From Octopus sinensis (taxonomy: Eukaryota), in assembly GCF_006345805.1 (NCBI RefSeq), contig NC_042997.1, forward strand, positions 123,132,001-123,196,000: 64,000 nucleotides of DNA, given 5' to 3'. This document shows positions 25,724 to 38,871 of this stretch, piece after piece. The notes under the pieces are model-generated. The model searched no databases. It was not told where the DNA came from and worked only from the letters and a program-made list of their open reading frames with translations. A program made the translations under genes and the position numbers. The stretch's first letter is position 1. Each line of letters opens with the position of its first letter.

Positions 25724-26016
25724 CTTTGTTCCTTCTCGAACCACGTCTGGCTCATCAGGGCCGGTTTCCTTGGCGTATAGGTTCCCCACCTGGACGGGAC
25801 GCCGTTGTGTTGCAGGTGAGCTGCAAGATGTAGGAGGAAAGAGTGAGAGAAAGTTGTGGCGAATGAGTCAGCAGAAGTTCCCCATTACCTTCTGCCGGAA
25901 CTGCGTGGAGCTTAGGTGTTTCGCTCATAAACACACACATCGCCCGATCTGAGATTCGAATCTGCGATCCCTGGACCGCGAGTCCGCTGCTCTAACCACT
26001 ACGCCATGTGCCTCTA
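25724..26016 (-). mobile_element. tRNA-derived SINE family 3, full length with 13-bp TSD
   Basis: TSD CTTTCATTGTATT at 25711-25723 and 26017-26029. The tRNA-like head (TGGCGTAGTGG...GATTCGAATC) is at the right end. Confidence 0.85.
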
Positions 26017-26549
26017 CTTTCATTGTATTGGCTGGTCCGAAAGTCTTACCACCCCATAACGAAAACTAATACGAACAATAGAGGAACAATGTAATAATAT
26101 CAAGCACATATACTGGTATTAGTATATTCACTTTCATTGTCACTGACACTGTCACATATCGAGGAAGATTGTATGAATACCATCAGTTTGTTGACACAAA
26201 ATGATGCGGTGCCAGGTCCCGTGTGATATTTTACAAGTCTGTGCTTTGGTGATTGTTGCAAAGGCTGCCGAAACAGCTTTTCTTCAACTATTGGGTATTC
26301 TGGTATCGCTCTTGTGAAACTCTCACCTTGATAATAGAAAATTAAAACAATATTTACTGGTGGGGAAAACACTTTCGGAACAAGGTCGCCAACAACTCTA
26401 ATGTGGACATCACCAAAGCATTTGCTATCATCGCCTACACCGATGTTGATAATTACATTCACCATTACTACTGTGAACCTAGAGGCAGTCATCCACCAAT
26501 TACCTAATGTGACTATTCTTCTCTACTTAGGCACAAGACCCAAAAGTTT

Positions 26550-26914
26550 GAGGGGCGGGAGCCTGTCGATTAGATCGATCCCAGTGCGTAACTGGTACTT
26601 AATTTATCGACCTCGAAAGGATGAAAGGCAAAGTTGACCACGGCGGAAATTGAACTCAGAACGCAGCGAGAGATGAAATGCATGTTTCTTTACTACCCAC
26701 AAAGGGTTAAACACAGAGAGGACAAAGAAGGACAGACAAACGGATTAAGTCGATTATATCGACCCCAGTGCAAAACTGGTACTTATTTAATCGACCCCGA
26801 AAGGATAAAAGGTAAAGTCGACCTCGGCGGAATTTGAATTCAGAACGTAACGACGGACGAAATACCGCTAAGCATTTCGCCAGTGTGTTAACAATTCTGC
26901 CAGCTCGCCGCCTT
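26550..26914 (-). mobile_element. SINE family 2, head plus two tandem body units
   Basis: Head GGCGGCGAGCTGGCAGAA...GAATTCAAATTCCGCC. The second unit restarts at the B-box-containing segment. Confidence 0.85.
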
Positions 26915-27289
26915 ACCAATTGTGACCATTTCGGCATCAACTACAACATCACTTGGATAACTGCTGCTTATAGCACAATCACTGAACTGAAACGAGATCA
27001 CTCCCCACTCGGCTATCCAACTGGCATTATCTAGAGATAATCTCTTTGATTGTACCCTCAACTTTTAGGAAAGCATTGTTAGTTTCCCTATATTACCCTT
27101 TTCATTTATTATTACACTCCCCACACGCACACCGACTCACACACACAGACACAGACACAATCATACGCACATACACAAACCACATACATGCACACAAACA
27201 CATATGCACCCACAGACACATACACAAACACAAACACACAGACACACACACACGCGCGTTTCAAATATGCGGCTTCATTCATGCTGGTG

Positions 27290-27715
27290 CAGCACCAGGA
27301 TTTTGTATTTTTATATATCATTCTTCTTTAGCTGATTTTTTCATGTTGGTGGGATTTCATATAATTACTCATGCATGTGCTATTTTCCTTGGTTGTTGGC
27401 TTATTTTGTGTGAGAGGGAGTTTGACGCAGCTGCCTCATCTGTAATTCATGCTCTCATCTGTAATCCATAGGGTTCGTATCGTTGTTACGAGAAAGACCT
27501 GTTCCTTGTGGAATATATTCCTGTCCACATTTTATAGGTTTCTTAATATTTTCGGAAGGGCATTGAAAAGCTGTGGACCTGATATGCCCATTGCTGACTT
27601 TAGCTGGCATGGATAGTACTTTTAGTACAATGCAAGTGGTGTCTATTTCAGGCATTTGTATAACATTCGCTGCAGAAATTAGCTATTTCTAGGACGTAAA
27701 CTAGTTATTACAGGG
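27290..27715 (-). mobile_element. Degenerate CR1/L2-group LINE 3' fragment
   Basis: Frame reads ...GPQLFNALPKILRNL*NVD..IF..., matching the GPxLFNxLP motif at the C-terminus of CR1/L2-like ORF2. Confidence 0.45.
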
Positions 27716-27754
27716 GCATATACACACCCAAACCATTTGTCAAGCGGTAATGAG

Positions 27755-27830
27755 AGAAGAAGAAGAAGAAGAAGAAGAAGAAGAAGAAGAAGAAGAAGAA
27801 GAAGAAGAAGAAGAAGAAGAAGAAGAAGAA
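27755..27830. repeat. (GAA)n microsatellite
   Basis: Directly visible; source of the poly-R ORF. Confidence 0.95.
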
Positions 27831-28086
27831 CCCATTCTAAAATAGTCTCAAGACCCGAAAATTTAAGGGATGGGGTTGTTGATTACAACGACCCCATTTC
27901 TGAACCTGTACTTGTATTATCGACACCGATATGTTATCGACGTCGGGGGAATTTGAACTCAGTAAAAATGGAGATGGAAGAAATGCTGCTAGTCATACTA
28001 CAACTACTACTAACACTACTCCTGCTGCTGCTGCTGCTGCTATCACTACCACCGATAATAATAATTACTTCAACTCTAGGTATAAT

Positions 28087-28283
28087 GCTTTCAAAACTTT
28101 GGTGGGAAGGGGGCTAATCAATTACATCGATCCCAGTGCGTAGCTGGTCTTTATTTTATCAACCCCAAAAGAATGAAAGGCAAAGTGAATCTCGGCGGAA
28201 TTTGAACACAGAACCTATCGGCAGACGAAATACGGCCAAGCAATTCGCCCGGAGTGCTAATCATTCTACAAGCTCGTCACCTT
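28087..28283 (-). mobile_element. SINE family 2 monomer
   Basis: Family-2 body and head, degenerate. Another fragment lies at about 27855-27965. Confidence 0.75.
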
Positions 28284-29760
28284 ACTACTTATAATAATAA
28301 TGGTTTCAAATTTTATCACAAGGGCATCCTTTTAGGGTAGGGATGAGTCAATTACATCTCCTTACTTCTGATAATAATCATGCAAGGACTAAAAGCGTAT
28401 CAATAGTAATTTAAGCATGTGTATTTGTTCCTAACAATATAAGATTTAATGCTGCAATCTTGCAAAACTGACGATTATTTGCAACTGCAAAAATCTTGCG
28501 AATAGTGACTTATGTTTGTATGACTTAGTATTGATTATCACCTATTTAGCTAGCCAACACATGAAACCTATTGTTTCCTCCTATATTTTCGCAGCTTCTG
28601 GTGTTGCTGATGCTCTCCTTTTCCACTTGATACCCTGCTCAGAGATTTGAACAGACTGTCTCTGCCGCAAACACAATAGTTAGATGTTCTTCCCTCCTAC
28701 TGCACCTACCATTACGACTCTGTTATGAGGCTGTGAACTTCTAGGGTCATAAAATCTTGCAAATCTATATTGTCCTTTAGTCGCACCGTATTTTGTTCAT
28801 ATCATGCGCAACCATACAGATATCATTCGTGCTTAAAATACTACAAAGTGATAACGAATCAAAGGGTAATATTGTTACCAAAAATTTTGACAATGAAACT
28901 TATGCTATACTAGACCCGCTTCTGTGTTACAAATTGTTCGCATGGGTATTGCACTAACTATACTTGCCGGATCCCAAACCGTTCACAAATTACTGTAAAC
29001 ATTATCTTGTGCAACAGGCAAAAAATTGCCAACACACATGCTAAAACTTATCGATGAGGATTTCGCACAGTTGTAGGTGCAAAAATATGATCGAACAGAT
29101 CTGCATTACTGGTGTTCCAGCTATTGTTATACAAAACGTGAAAATATCTCTACATAAAAATACTGTTTCTGTGTATTTTCATGTTTTTTTCAACAAAGTT
29201 TTCCTTTTTCTTTTTCTTTGTGTCTTATTTTTGCGTAACTGTCACGGATTTTCTTTTCAGACTGTGTCTTGCCGACAAGTTTTGTTGAATGTCAGATAAT
29301 AAAAAAAGTGTAAACATGTTTTTTTCGCACAATGGATGAAAAATGTATCAAAGAAAATCTGCTCAACTTTTGTGGATTAGTTCGTACGAACTGACACTGA
29401 TTAAATCATACAAATATATTTTTACGAAAAGATATTTACAGAAACCAATTCTCAAAACGAGCGCGTTGCAGTATCTAGGTGATCGAAAATCGAACATTTT
29501 AATGAATACATTATATATTTAGGAATATTACTACAATGAAAGTTATCCCATCATTATATAACACCAACAGAAAGGAGGTGACACTCACAAGAATATTACT
29601 CATAGAATAACAAAACTTCTATAGTCAGATATGTTAATATACACCGATAAATAGTTCAAGGCTAATTGCGCATTGCTTATAACCCAAAATCAAATACAAA
29701 CCTTCGATCCAGCTATCATCAATAACGGAGTTTAAACAAACAAAACGTGTAACAAAATAT

Positions 29761-30234
29761 TTATTTTTTATTGCCCACCGGTGGTTAAACATAGAGGGGA
29801 CAAACAAGGACAGACATAGGGTTTAAGTCGGTTACATCGACCCTAGAGCGTAACTGGTACTTATTTAAACAATCGCGAACAGATGAAAGGCAATGTCGAC
29901 CTCGGTGGAGTTTGAAATCAGAACGTAACGCGCGACGAAATACCGCTAAACATTTCGCCTGGCGTGCTAACGATTCTGCCAGTTCGCCGCCCTTTAACAT
30001 ATATATTTCTTTATTGCCCAGAAGGGGCTAAACATAGAGGCGACAAACAAGGACAGAAAAAGGGATTAAGTCGATTATATCGACCCCAGTACGTAGCTGG
30101 TGCTTTATTTATCGACCCCGAAAGGATGAGAGGCAAAGTCGACCTCGGCGGAATTTGAACTCAGAACGTAACGGCAGACGAAATATCGCTAAACAATTCG
30201 CCCGGCGCGCTAACGTTTCTGCCAGCTTGCCGTC
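29761..30234 (-). mobile_element. Two adjacent complete SINE family 2 copies
   Basis: Copies at 29761-29991 and 30006-30234, each with head and A-rich tail. Confidence 0.85.
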
Positions 30235-30578
30235 TTACGTGCAACAAGATATTAAATCGGGAGGGGGATGAGGAAGGTAAACGTGAAAATCAAGACATTC
30301 AAACCATAAAATTCATATTTGGTTGAACCGTTAGCTTTTAAAGCGACAATAATATTGCGTTTGGTAGATAAGAGTGATTTTTCTTTGTACTGTTTCGAAT
30401 AGCCAACTAACAGAAAAAGCAAAAACCTGTACCTGAGAAGTAACACAGAAAAGTCTTTTATATGTGAATATGTGTATATATGTGTAAATATATATATACA
30501 TATATATGAATATACGTGTGTGTGCGTGTGTGTATGATTGCGTGTGCTTGTGTGTATGTGTGCGCTTGTGCACAATAT

Positions 30579-30981
30579 ATTTCTTTACTAGCCACATCGG
30601 GCTAAACATAGATGGGACAAATAAGGACAGACAAAGGTATTAAGACGATTACATCGACCCCAGTGCGAAACTGGTACTTTATTTATCGACCCCGAAAGGA
30701 TGAAAGGCAAAGTCGACCTCGGCGAAATTTGAACTCAGAACGTAACGACAGACGAAATGCCTATTTCTTTACTACCCACAAGAGGCTAAACACAGAGGGG
30801 ACAAACAAGGACAGACAAACGGATTAAGTCGATTACATCGACCCCAGTACGTAACTGGTACTTAATTTATCGACCCGGAAAAGATGAAAGGCAAAGTCGA
30901 CCTCGGTGGAATTTGAACCCAGAACGTAACGGCAGACAAAATACGGCGTGATAACGTTTCTGCCAGCTCGCCGCCTATCCA
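30579..30981 (-). mobile_element. SINE family 2 dimer with 14-bp TSD
   Basis: TSD CTTGTGCACAATAT at 30565-30578 and 30982-30995 flanks one head plus two body units. Confidence 0.9.
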
Positions 30982-33900
30982 CTTGTGCACAATATTAGGA
31001 TAAAGTCAATCAGAGGTTGATCAAAGTTTACTTCCGAGAACAATAGGTCATATTCAAGATTCCTTCCTGGTGCTTCCTCCTTCAAGCCAAAAAGGCTTTT
31101 CCCGCTGTTTCTGTAGCCCCAAACATGAGGCCCAACTCGTGGGCGCTTCTATATGCTTGACATATATCCAATCACAGATATCGAAGCTGCTCTTTCCCAA
31201 AACCGTGTTTCCCTTACCTCTTGCAGTTTACTCTACAATTCAACGCTTTCTTATTTACACCCTCTACCATATTACCCGCTTCTCTTTAAGTGTACGAAAC
31301 AAATTCTACCTCTTTTTGCCATTTCCCATCTGACCTCGACCCGACCGGTTTCTTTCGTCTCTTAGTCCTTCAGTCAATTATAGGTGCTCGGAACCCACGC
31401 ACGTTTAGAAAGCAGAACATCTTGTCTTATGTCTAGATTTTCGAAAATTCAGATTAATGTAGTCATGTCATTTAAATTGAGCTAATTTTCGCCATTAACA
31501 TATAGAAAAGGGGACACAAAAAGCCCCATGTATATAGGTTAATGTTATTTCAAAATCTATAAACCCTAAATACATTCCGTGTGATGTTGGAAATAATCTA
31601 GCGAGTCATCTCCATTTAAGCTTTATTCTTCTTTTATTCATTATATCATCATCTAAAAATGAGTTGGAAAATATTTTCTGGTTTCTACACGCTCAAGATC
31701 GATATTTAATTTGAATATATAGGTCTAACGGTGAAACGACTTGTACGCGAAAATATATTCATTTAATTGAGGTATATAATGAATATTAATGATTTGATTA
31801 TTGATTGATTTGCGAACATAATCGACCATGCTAACTTAATTTAATATGGAAAAAAAAAATCTTGAAGTTTGTAAAGCCGATTAAATTGAATATTATATTC
31901 TGATATAGAAAATAGAGTTTTAGCCTGTCACGAAGTAGTTTCCGTTTTTCAGAAAGTACATAATGCAGTATAAATCAAAGGAAAATTAAAATGTTCATTA
32001 TCCCAATCAATAAAGTTTCTAGTGAAAACATTCATGATGAGATGCAATTTTATATTATATTCTACCTTAATATTCTGTCGTCATTCTGATAACAGTAATC
32101 ACAGCGTTTGCGAGGAAACAACAGCCAAGAAAGACCGTAATAATACGCTATAAAAATCGTGGAGTTATCAGGACACATTCTTGAATAAACAACTCTTAGT
32201 CTTTAAGCTGACACTGGAATTCTTTGTCTTACAAAATGACAGGTTGAATTTGCAAATGTACCCAAGCCTGAAATATAATCCGAATAAATACGGATATTTG
32301 AAGAAGTAAGGACTGCAAAGTTTTACTGTGGTTAAGAATTAAATAGACAGTTGTGTCTGCTAGAAGGAAAATCAATACCCATGATATGTAATTTTAAAGA
32401 AATCACGCAACAAATAGCTCTTCGAATTTCTAAAGACGTTTCAAACATTTTATTAAGATATGTGCTATTGAATAACTCCTGTGTCATTCTTACTGAGAAT
32501 TATAAGTATCGCTTTGTTTAAATTTTTGTTATATAGTTCAATGTTCGATCGATCGTGTGACTGTGAATCAGTGTATATATATTCACACGCACCAATACAT
32601 ATATATACATGTGTACATATATCTATATGTATATGTGAATACTTGTGTTGGTTGGTAAATAATTTATACGCTTATGAGCCCCACTGTGGGCCAAATAGGA
32701 AAGTAAACACGTTTCTTTTGAAAATGATGTGAGGATAAAAGAGTTGTGAATTTTCTGTTGGGCAATTTTCCTGTTCGTTGAAAGCTCCTCAGAGGAGAAA
32801 TTCACAGATTCCTTCCCCAAGTAAGGCCACTGATAATACGTTAAAAATAGGTTATAAATTTGGTTACCATTTATAAGACTACCTTTCTCTTTATAAATGT
32901 CCTAGAAATTTCACATTGCCTTGGCTTTGTTGTCCTATTTTATTTAACATAGAGACACACACACTTGACCCGCATTAGACCCCTCACCCATATTATTATC
33001 GAACCGGGAGTCTAGCAGTGGTCCGAGCATCTGTACGATTAAATAATTCTGTTAGCGCGGTTGCAAAGAGATATTTATGGATGCAAAAAAACATTAGAAT
33101 TCAACTTTATATCTTCATGTACCCAAATCGTGTGTTAATAAAGGCAAGTTCATTTTACCAGGATATTGGAATCGATTTTCAATGCAAAGCAATAAATATA
33201 TTTCACGGGATATTTTAGTCACAAACAAAAGATATATTTGTCCCGATTCTCTCGATACTCGTTAAGTCTTGCTTGAAAATGTGTGTGCATATTTTAGTAT
33301 ACAGTATCACGCGAACATAGATATTCCAGTTAACAAACACATAAACAGACACTCAAATATTCATTCATTTACTCAGTTCTCATTGTGCCTTGCGAAATTT
33401 GAGGCACCAGCAAGATCATTCCATCTTCTAATACTAAGAGCGTCCTTGACAGCTGGCTCCATTATTAACCCTCTGATTATTTAATCTTTTGTTATTGTTC
33501 TCCTTCACGTTTCCTTTAGTCGGCCACGTCTTCTTTTACCTTGTGGATACCATTGCAAAGCGATCCTAACAATTGAATTCGGTTTATAGCAACAATCATC
33601 ATCATTGTTCGACCGTGGTCGAGACTTTCATAGTCTTTTCAAATGGCTAATAATGTGTGCGCGCGCCACTACTACACACATTGGAAAGCATTGTACAACC
33701 AAGTACTAAAGTAGATCTTTCCTCCTCCATGAAACAAAGCTGTTCCCGCTGGACGTCAACCCAGTATTTCTAAGCTACGGACCCAGTGATTTATTGTAAG
33801 GTTATCTCCCTAGATAGATTGCCTTCACTACGGCTAAGGAGCCCTTTCTACCCCATCTAGCAACAAACTCAACCTAGCCATTCCCATTTGCATGCTTCAA

Positions 33901-34293
33901 TGATCTCTCTTATTGCCTTCACGTTAGCCTTTATGTGTAGTTGTCTACTGGAGATCATATTCAGCCAGTAAACCTTCAAAATTATTTGTAAACATTTATT
34001 TTGAAATACCTCCAATTTCTATTGAATAGTTTTAATTGTTTTCCAACAGTCGGACCCGTAGACGAGGATGCTAAGTATGTTGCTTTTGTAAAATCGTATT
34101 TTGATGCGCTTGCTGAGTATTGATGGTTTCCATATTGAGATTAACGTATCGAATCATTGGCTGACTTTGCTGATACGTGTATCTTTTTCATGAATGCAGT
34201 CTGAATCCATTGTTATTCCACGCATACACACATATCGTAAAATATAATTGCCAAATAATCGCTCAGAGAATTGATATTGCTTATACGAACACA

Positions 34294-34406
<113 letters not shown>

Positions 34407-34607
34407 ATATATGCATACAATATTGAATATGTACATATATACACAAGGGTACTACATGAGTACCTATATCGCTTATGGTAGAAGTAAAAAAATACTTCTG
34501 TACCACCGAATAGTCACAAATCTATTATAGACAAGATAGGAAAAAATATCAGTGAACAATAATAATGTCTTACCTCAAATGGGTCAGAACAAGTAAATGC
34601 TGGTCAA

Positions 34608-34665
34608 CTCGGTACCGGTTTCGAAATTTAGCGCCACCTAGGCGCGTGATTTCTCATCAGCCGAA
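34608..34665 (-). ncRNA. Minimal type I hammerhead, canonical
   Basis: TTCGG-CTGATGA-GAAAT(CACGCGCCTAGGTGGCGCTAA)ATTTC-GAAA-CCGG-TA-CCGAG. Confidence 0.9.
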
Positions 34666-34798
34666 GTCCCCTAGCTAAATAACTACTAGCATTCTCCCCC
34701 ATCATTCCTGCGAAGGTTCGTTTGAAGTGACCAAACACCGTACGAACAAACGAAATGCGTAAAATTGGGAAATGTTTGTAGTTATTTAGCTGGCGGAC

Positions 34799-34856
34799 TT
34801 CGGCTGATGAGAAATCACGCACCTAGGTGGCGCTAAATTTCGAAACTGGTACCGAG
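34799..34856 (+). ncRNA. Minimal type I hammerhead with the helix III palindrome broken (CTGG)
   Basis: TTCGG-CTGATGA-GAAAT(...)ATTTC-GAAA-CTGG-TA-CCGAG. Confidence 0.8.
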
Positions 34857-35128
34857 TTGACCAGCATTTACTTGTTCTGACCCATTTGAGGTAAGACATT
34901 ATTATTGCTCACTGATATTTTTTCCTGTCTTGTCTGAAATAGATTTGTGACTATTCGGTGGTGCAGAAGTATTTTTTGACTTCTATCATTAGCGATATAG
35001 GTACGCATGTAGTACTCTTGTGTATAAATGTACATATTTAATATTGTATGTATATATTTTATTAATTTGCCTGTACGGCTAATAATTCGCTTACCACTTG
35101 TGATGGTATTTTAATGATACCATCCCCA

Positions 35129-35202
<74 letters not shown>

Positions 35203-35737
35203 TATCTACTAATCTTTCAATTAATATCACTAACCCCCCATACATCCCATACACCATTCACATTACGGTTTCATATCTACCCTAATTGCACCAAATCCAG
35301 AACTACTTACCTCGCTTACACAACTTTTTACTCAGGGACTAGTATACCGGACACCGTTCGGTTTGATGTCTTTACAAAAATCATTTCACACGGTATAGAA
35401 TGCTATTAGAGTGATCAGGTTTAGCGAGTATAGAGACAATTATTGAGATAAGCAAATTAGACACATCAAATTCATTAAATGTATAAAGTACATAAAATAC
35501 AAAATATGTTTGTATGTATTTATACATGCAAAACGTAATAAAGCAAAAGGTGGAAACTTTCAGATGATGAAATTATATGTATAAGTATATATATATTTAT
35601 GTAAGTACGTCCAACATACACTGAGTACAAATGTCATTTGTATTCTCTGTAAGTTTGAACTATTTATATGAATATATATATATGTATTTATAACATATGT
35701 ATTCCTAAGGTATTTTTCGATGCTATTATTATTCAGT

Positions 35738-35805
35738 TTACTGCCTGGAATCGAACCCGGAATCTTGGGGTTAGTAGCCCGCGATCTTAACCACTACACA
35801 ATTAC
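35738..35805 (-). mobile_element. tRNA-like head of a repeat, not a tRNA gene
   Basis: GTGTAGTGGTTAAGATCGCGGGCTACTAACCCCAAGATTCCGGGTTCGATTCCAGG has A and B boxes but no acceptor stem. Confidence 0.6.
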
Positions 35806-37469
35806 GAAGTAAATTTTAGGGCTTATAAATCTAATAGTTTCCTATCCTTCCTTAATAACGGTTTCCATATGCTACTCATATCTGTACTCGGTTTGCTTAG
35901 GAGGTTGTTGTATCCTAACATATGTGCTGCTTTGTTTATTTTTCTTATTTTCCCGTGGTGTTCTCTGTCTTACATCGAAAAGTACCTTCGGAATGAGAAC
36001 CCAGGTTCGAAATTTCCCCAAGGAACCCGACAAAGGCTGTGTTAACAACAAAGAAGATGAGGTTAAATAGCCTTGACATGTAAATAATGTAAATAATATA
36101 CTATTTTTATTCCTTTATAAACTGTGAATTTCCTGTCTAGAACTTCCATGCTTACTCGCCTTGGATTTGATGACGGAATTCCTAGTGCATGGAGATGGAA
36201 ACCTAACACGGGATATCCTCAAACAGCTGTCAGAATCTAATAATCAATTAATTAATAAACTCATTAATGAGATAATTACTTCAAATACACCTCACTCTAA
36301 ACATACTAAATGACGGGAGATACTGGTCCTGCCTCGGTTTTGTTGTCCATTTTACTCTAACTTACTCACACACACAGACACGCACACACACATACATACA
36401 CACAGACATCTTCCAGATCCACTCACAAAATTTTGGTCAGACCGAAAGAACATAAATGGACACTTACACAAGGCCATGTAGTGGGACTGAACCTGGGGCC
36501 ACACTGATCGGGAACAAGATTCTTAACCATAGAGACACCCCTGCGCCTGTAATTATAAATATATGTGTGCGCGCGCGAGTATATAATAGAGCCAAATGTA
36601 CAAAATTTTGAGGAAGGACGAGTATCTCAAGTCATTTAGAATATTTAACTAGAGTAAGGTGTATATAAGGTTTGTGTCAGTGTGAGTGCGCGCGTGTGTG
36701 TATGCGCATGCGCGCGCTTACCTCTATATGTTCGTGTATATCTCCGCTTCACAGCTTTGCAAGTGGTGCTAGAGCGTTCACGTCTCTGTAACTTAACAAT
36801 TCGTTAAGCTTAAATGCGGTGATCCAGCATGTCCGCTGACATTTGACCGAATCCTGTTAAAGACGTAAGATATATAAATGTATAAAAATACGTCGATAAA
36901 TTTCGCATTAAACTGCTATTTCTTGAGTTGAAACATTCTTTGAGAGTATATTATAAAAGGTATAAGATATATAGTTCTTTCTGTTGCAGCATATATAATG
37001 AATAACTTATGATTCCAACATAGCGCAGTTTAAAAAGAGGATGGTTGGTATTTAATAATTTACATTTATCAACATTCAGTCAGTTGCATATTTCTAATGT
37101 TTAAGACGAGAATGTAAAATATAAAAAAAGCAACGCTAGGTTATTGATATATAAAGAGGCCTTATATATGTATTATCACTAATACATATATACGATTTCT
37201 TCAGAGGGTTTAATGTAATTTGCATGGATTAAAAGACAATTTAATGTGATTAATATTAAGTAAAATGTTTTAAGAATGTATGATTGATGGGTTTCATACT
37301 AGATAAAATGAAACCTATAATTATATTTCGTTGTATACACCTACATTAAATATTAAATGGAGGAAAAGTCAAATTTATGCAACCAGATTTGATGAAGTAC
37401 CCATCAATTATTACGTTTTTCGTAATTGATAATATCATTAGAATATAACTTGGTATATATATATATATA

Positions 37470-37660
37470 TAGGGAGAATTCACAAAAAAAAAAGACGAAG
37501 ACAGGTGGTGTAGAAAACAAACAGATGTATTAGTATAACGCTCAGGAATTGAAATAGTTTTTAACGTTTCGAGCCTACACTCTTCCACAGATAGGAACAC
37601 AGAAAGAAACAAGGAGAGAAAAAATATGTGTAGTGGCTAGCGAGCTATCATGACGAATAT
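37470..37660 (-). mobile_element. PLE-type terminal repeat, CUGUNGA family, copy 1
   Basis: Homologous to 46893-47062 and 51770-51965 and ends in (TA)n. Its HHR at 37560-37595 reads CTGTGGA-A-GAGT(GTAG)GCTC-GAAAC-GTT, with stem I broken. Confidence 0.75.
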
Positions 37661-38037
37661 ACATATATGTATGTATGTGTGTGTGTGTGTGTGTGTATAC
37701 TCTAAATGATCTGAGCTACTTATCCTCCGTTGGTTCTGTTGTCCATTTTCCTTTAATATATACTTGCTAACTCGGAAGACTAGTACACATCCCTACCTAC
37801 AGACTCAGCCGCGAATTTGGAACCTAACTGATGACCATTTATAGCACTTACGCAGTGTACCTATTCATTTTCAACACACTCACGCATACACATACACACA
37901 CATATATTTACCATAAAGATCCATGGTTGGTTTAGCGACATGCTTACGTGTTTACTAAAAAATGAAATAAGCAGCTAAGCACAGTATAAAAGCATAAAGG
38001 AAAAGTTCATCTTCAGTAATTGTGAGTGGAAAATGGA

Positions 38038-38086
38038 CATTGCTGACGAGTCTGCAAACATCAGACGGAACTAGCGTAGTCCAGTG
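38038..38086 (+). ncRNA. Type I hammerhead with full helix III and an A13G defect, solitary
   Basis: CATTG-CTGACGA-GTCTG(CAAACAT)CAGAC-GGAA-CTA(GCG)TAG-TC-CAGTG. Stems I, II and III are 5, 5 and 4 bp and the site is GUC. Confidence 0.75.
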
Positions 38087-38358
38087 GAATTTCTAACTTT
38101 GCTCATGAACAATCACCTCACCCATCAGTGTTTATAAATGTATGCTTATGCAGATTTAGAGATTTAGTGATTTAGTGGATAGCGCCTAGCAATTTAGGCG
38201 CTATACACCAGCCGCGGTCAGAAAAAAATAGTGACGGTTAGTTATTTTCTTTTAATTTTTTTTTAATATATTTAATGTGCTCCTTATTTAATTCGTATAT
38301 ATACATACATACATATACATAGATAGATAGATAAATAGATAGATAGATAGATATATTC

Positions 38359-38389
<31 letters not shown>

Positions 38390-38435
38390 CATACATACAT
38401 ACATACATACATACATACACACATACATACGTATA

Positions 38436-38661
38436 CAGTAATCCCTCGACTCTCACATGTGTTATGTTCCAGAAACCGACGTGATAGGTGATAATCAATA
38501 CAGTACTGTACTGTGTATTTCTTTATTATTTTTATAATTTGTACATATTAATTTCATTATAAATGCAAATGAACTCGACGGAGAAATCGACGTAAGCTTA
38601 AATAATAAACCGCGATAGTTCAACTGCGATAGGTAATCCGCGATTTGGCGAGGGATTACTG
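38436..38661. mobile_element. pogo/Tigger-like MITE
   Basis: Perfect 13-bp TIRs CAGTAATCCCTCG/CGAGGGATTACTG flanked by TA on both sides. Confidence 0.9.
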
Positions 38662-38794
38662 TATAGGCGCTGCATGGCTGTGTGATAAGATGCTTGCTTT
38701 CGAGCCACATGGTTCTGGGTTCAGTCTCACTGCGAGGAACCTTGGACAAGTATCTTCTACAATAACCTCGGGCCGACTAAAGAATAAAAAAAGA

Positions 38795-38871
<77 letters not shown>

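Noticed and set aside
25750-25780. GAAACCGG and CTGATGA on the minus strand of SINE family 3 as a permuted hammerhead
   Set aside because: The other two copies read CTTATGA and CCCATGA, and no stems form.
26100-26492. 130-aa minus-strand ORF, and the GC-richer island at 31020-31420
   Set aside because: Only vague RTE-like words in broken frames; not enough to assign.
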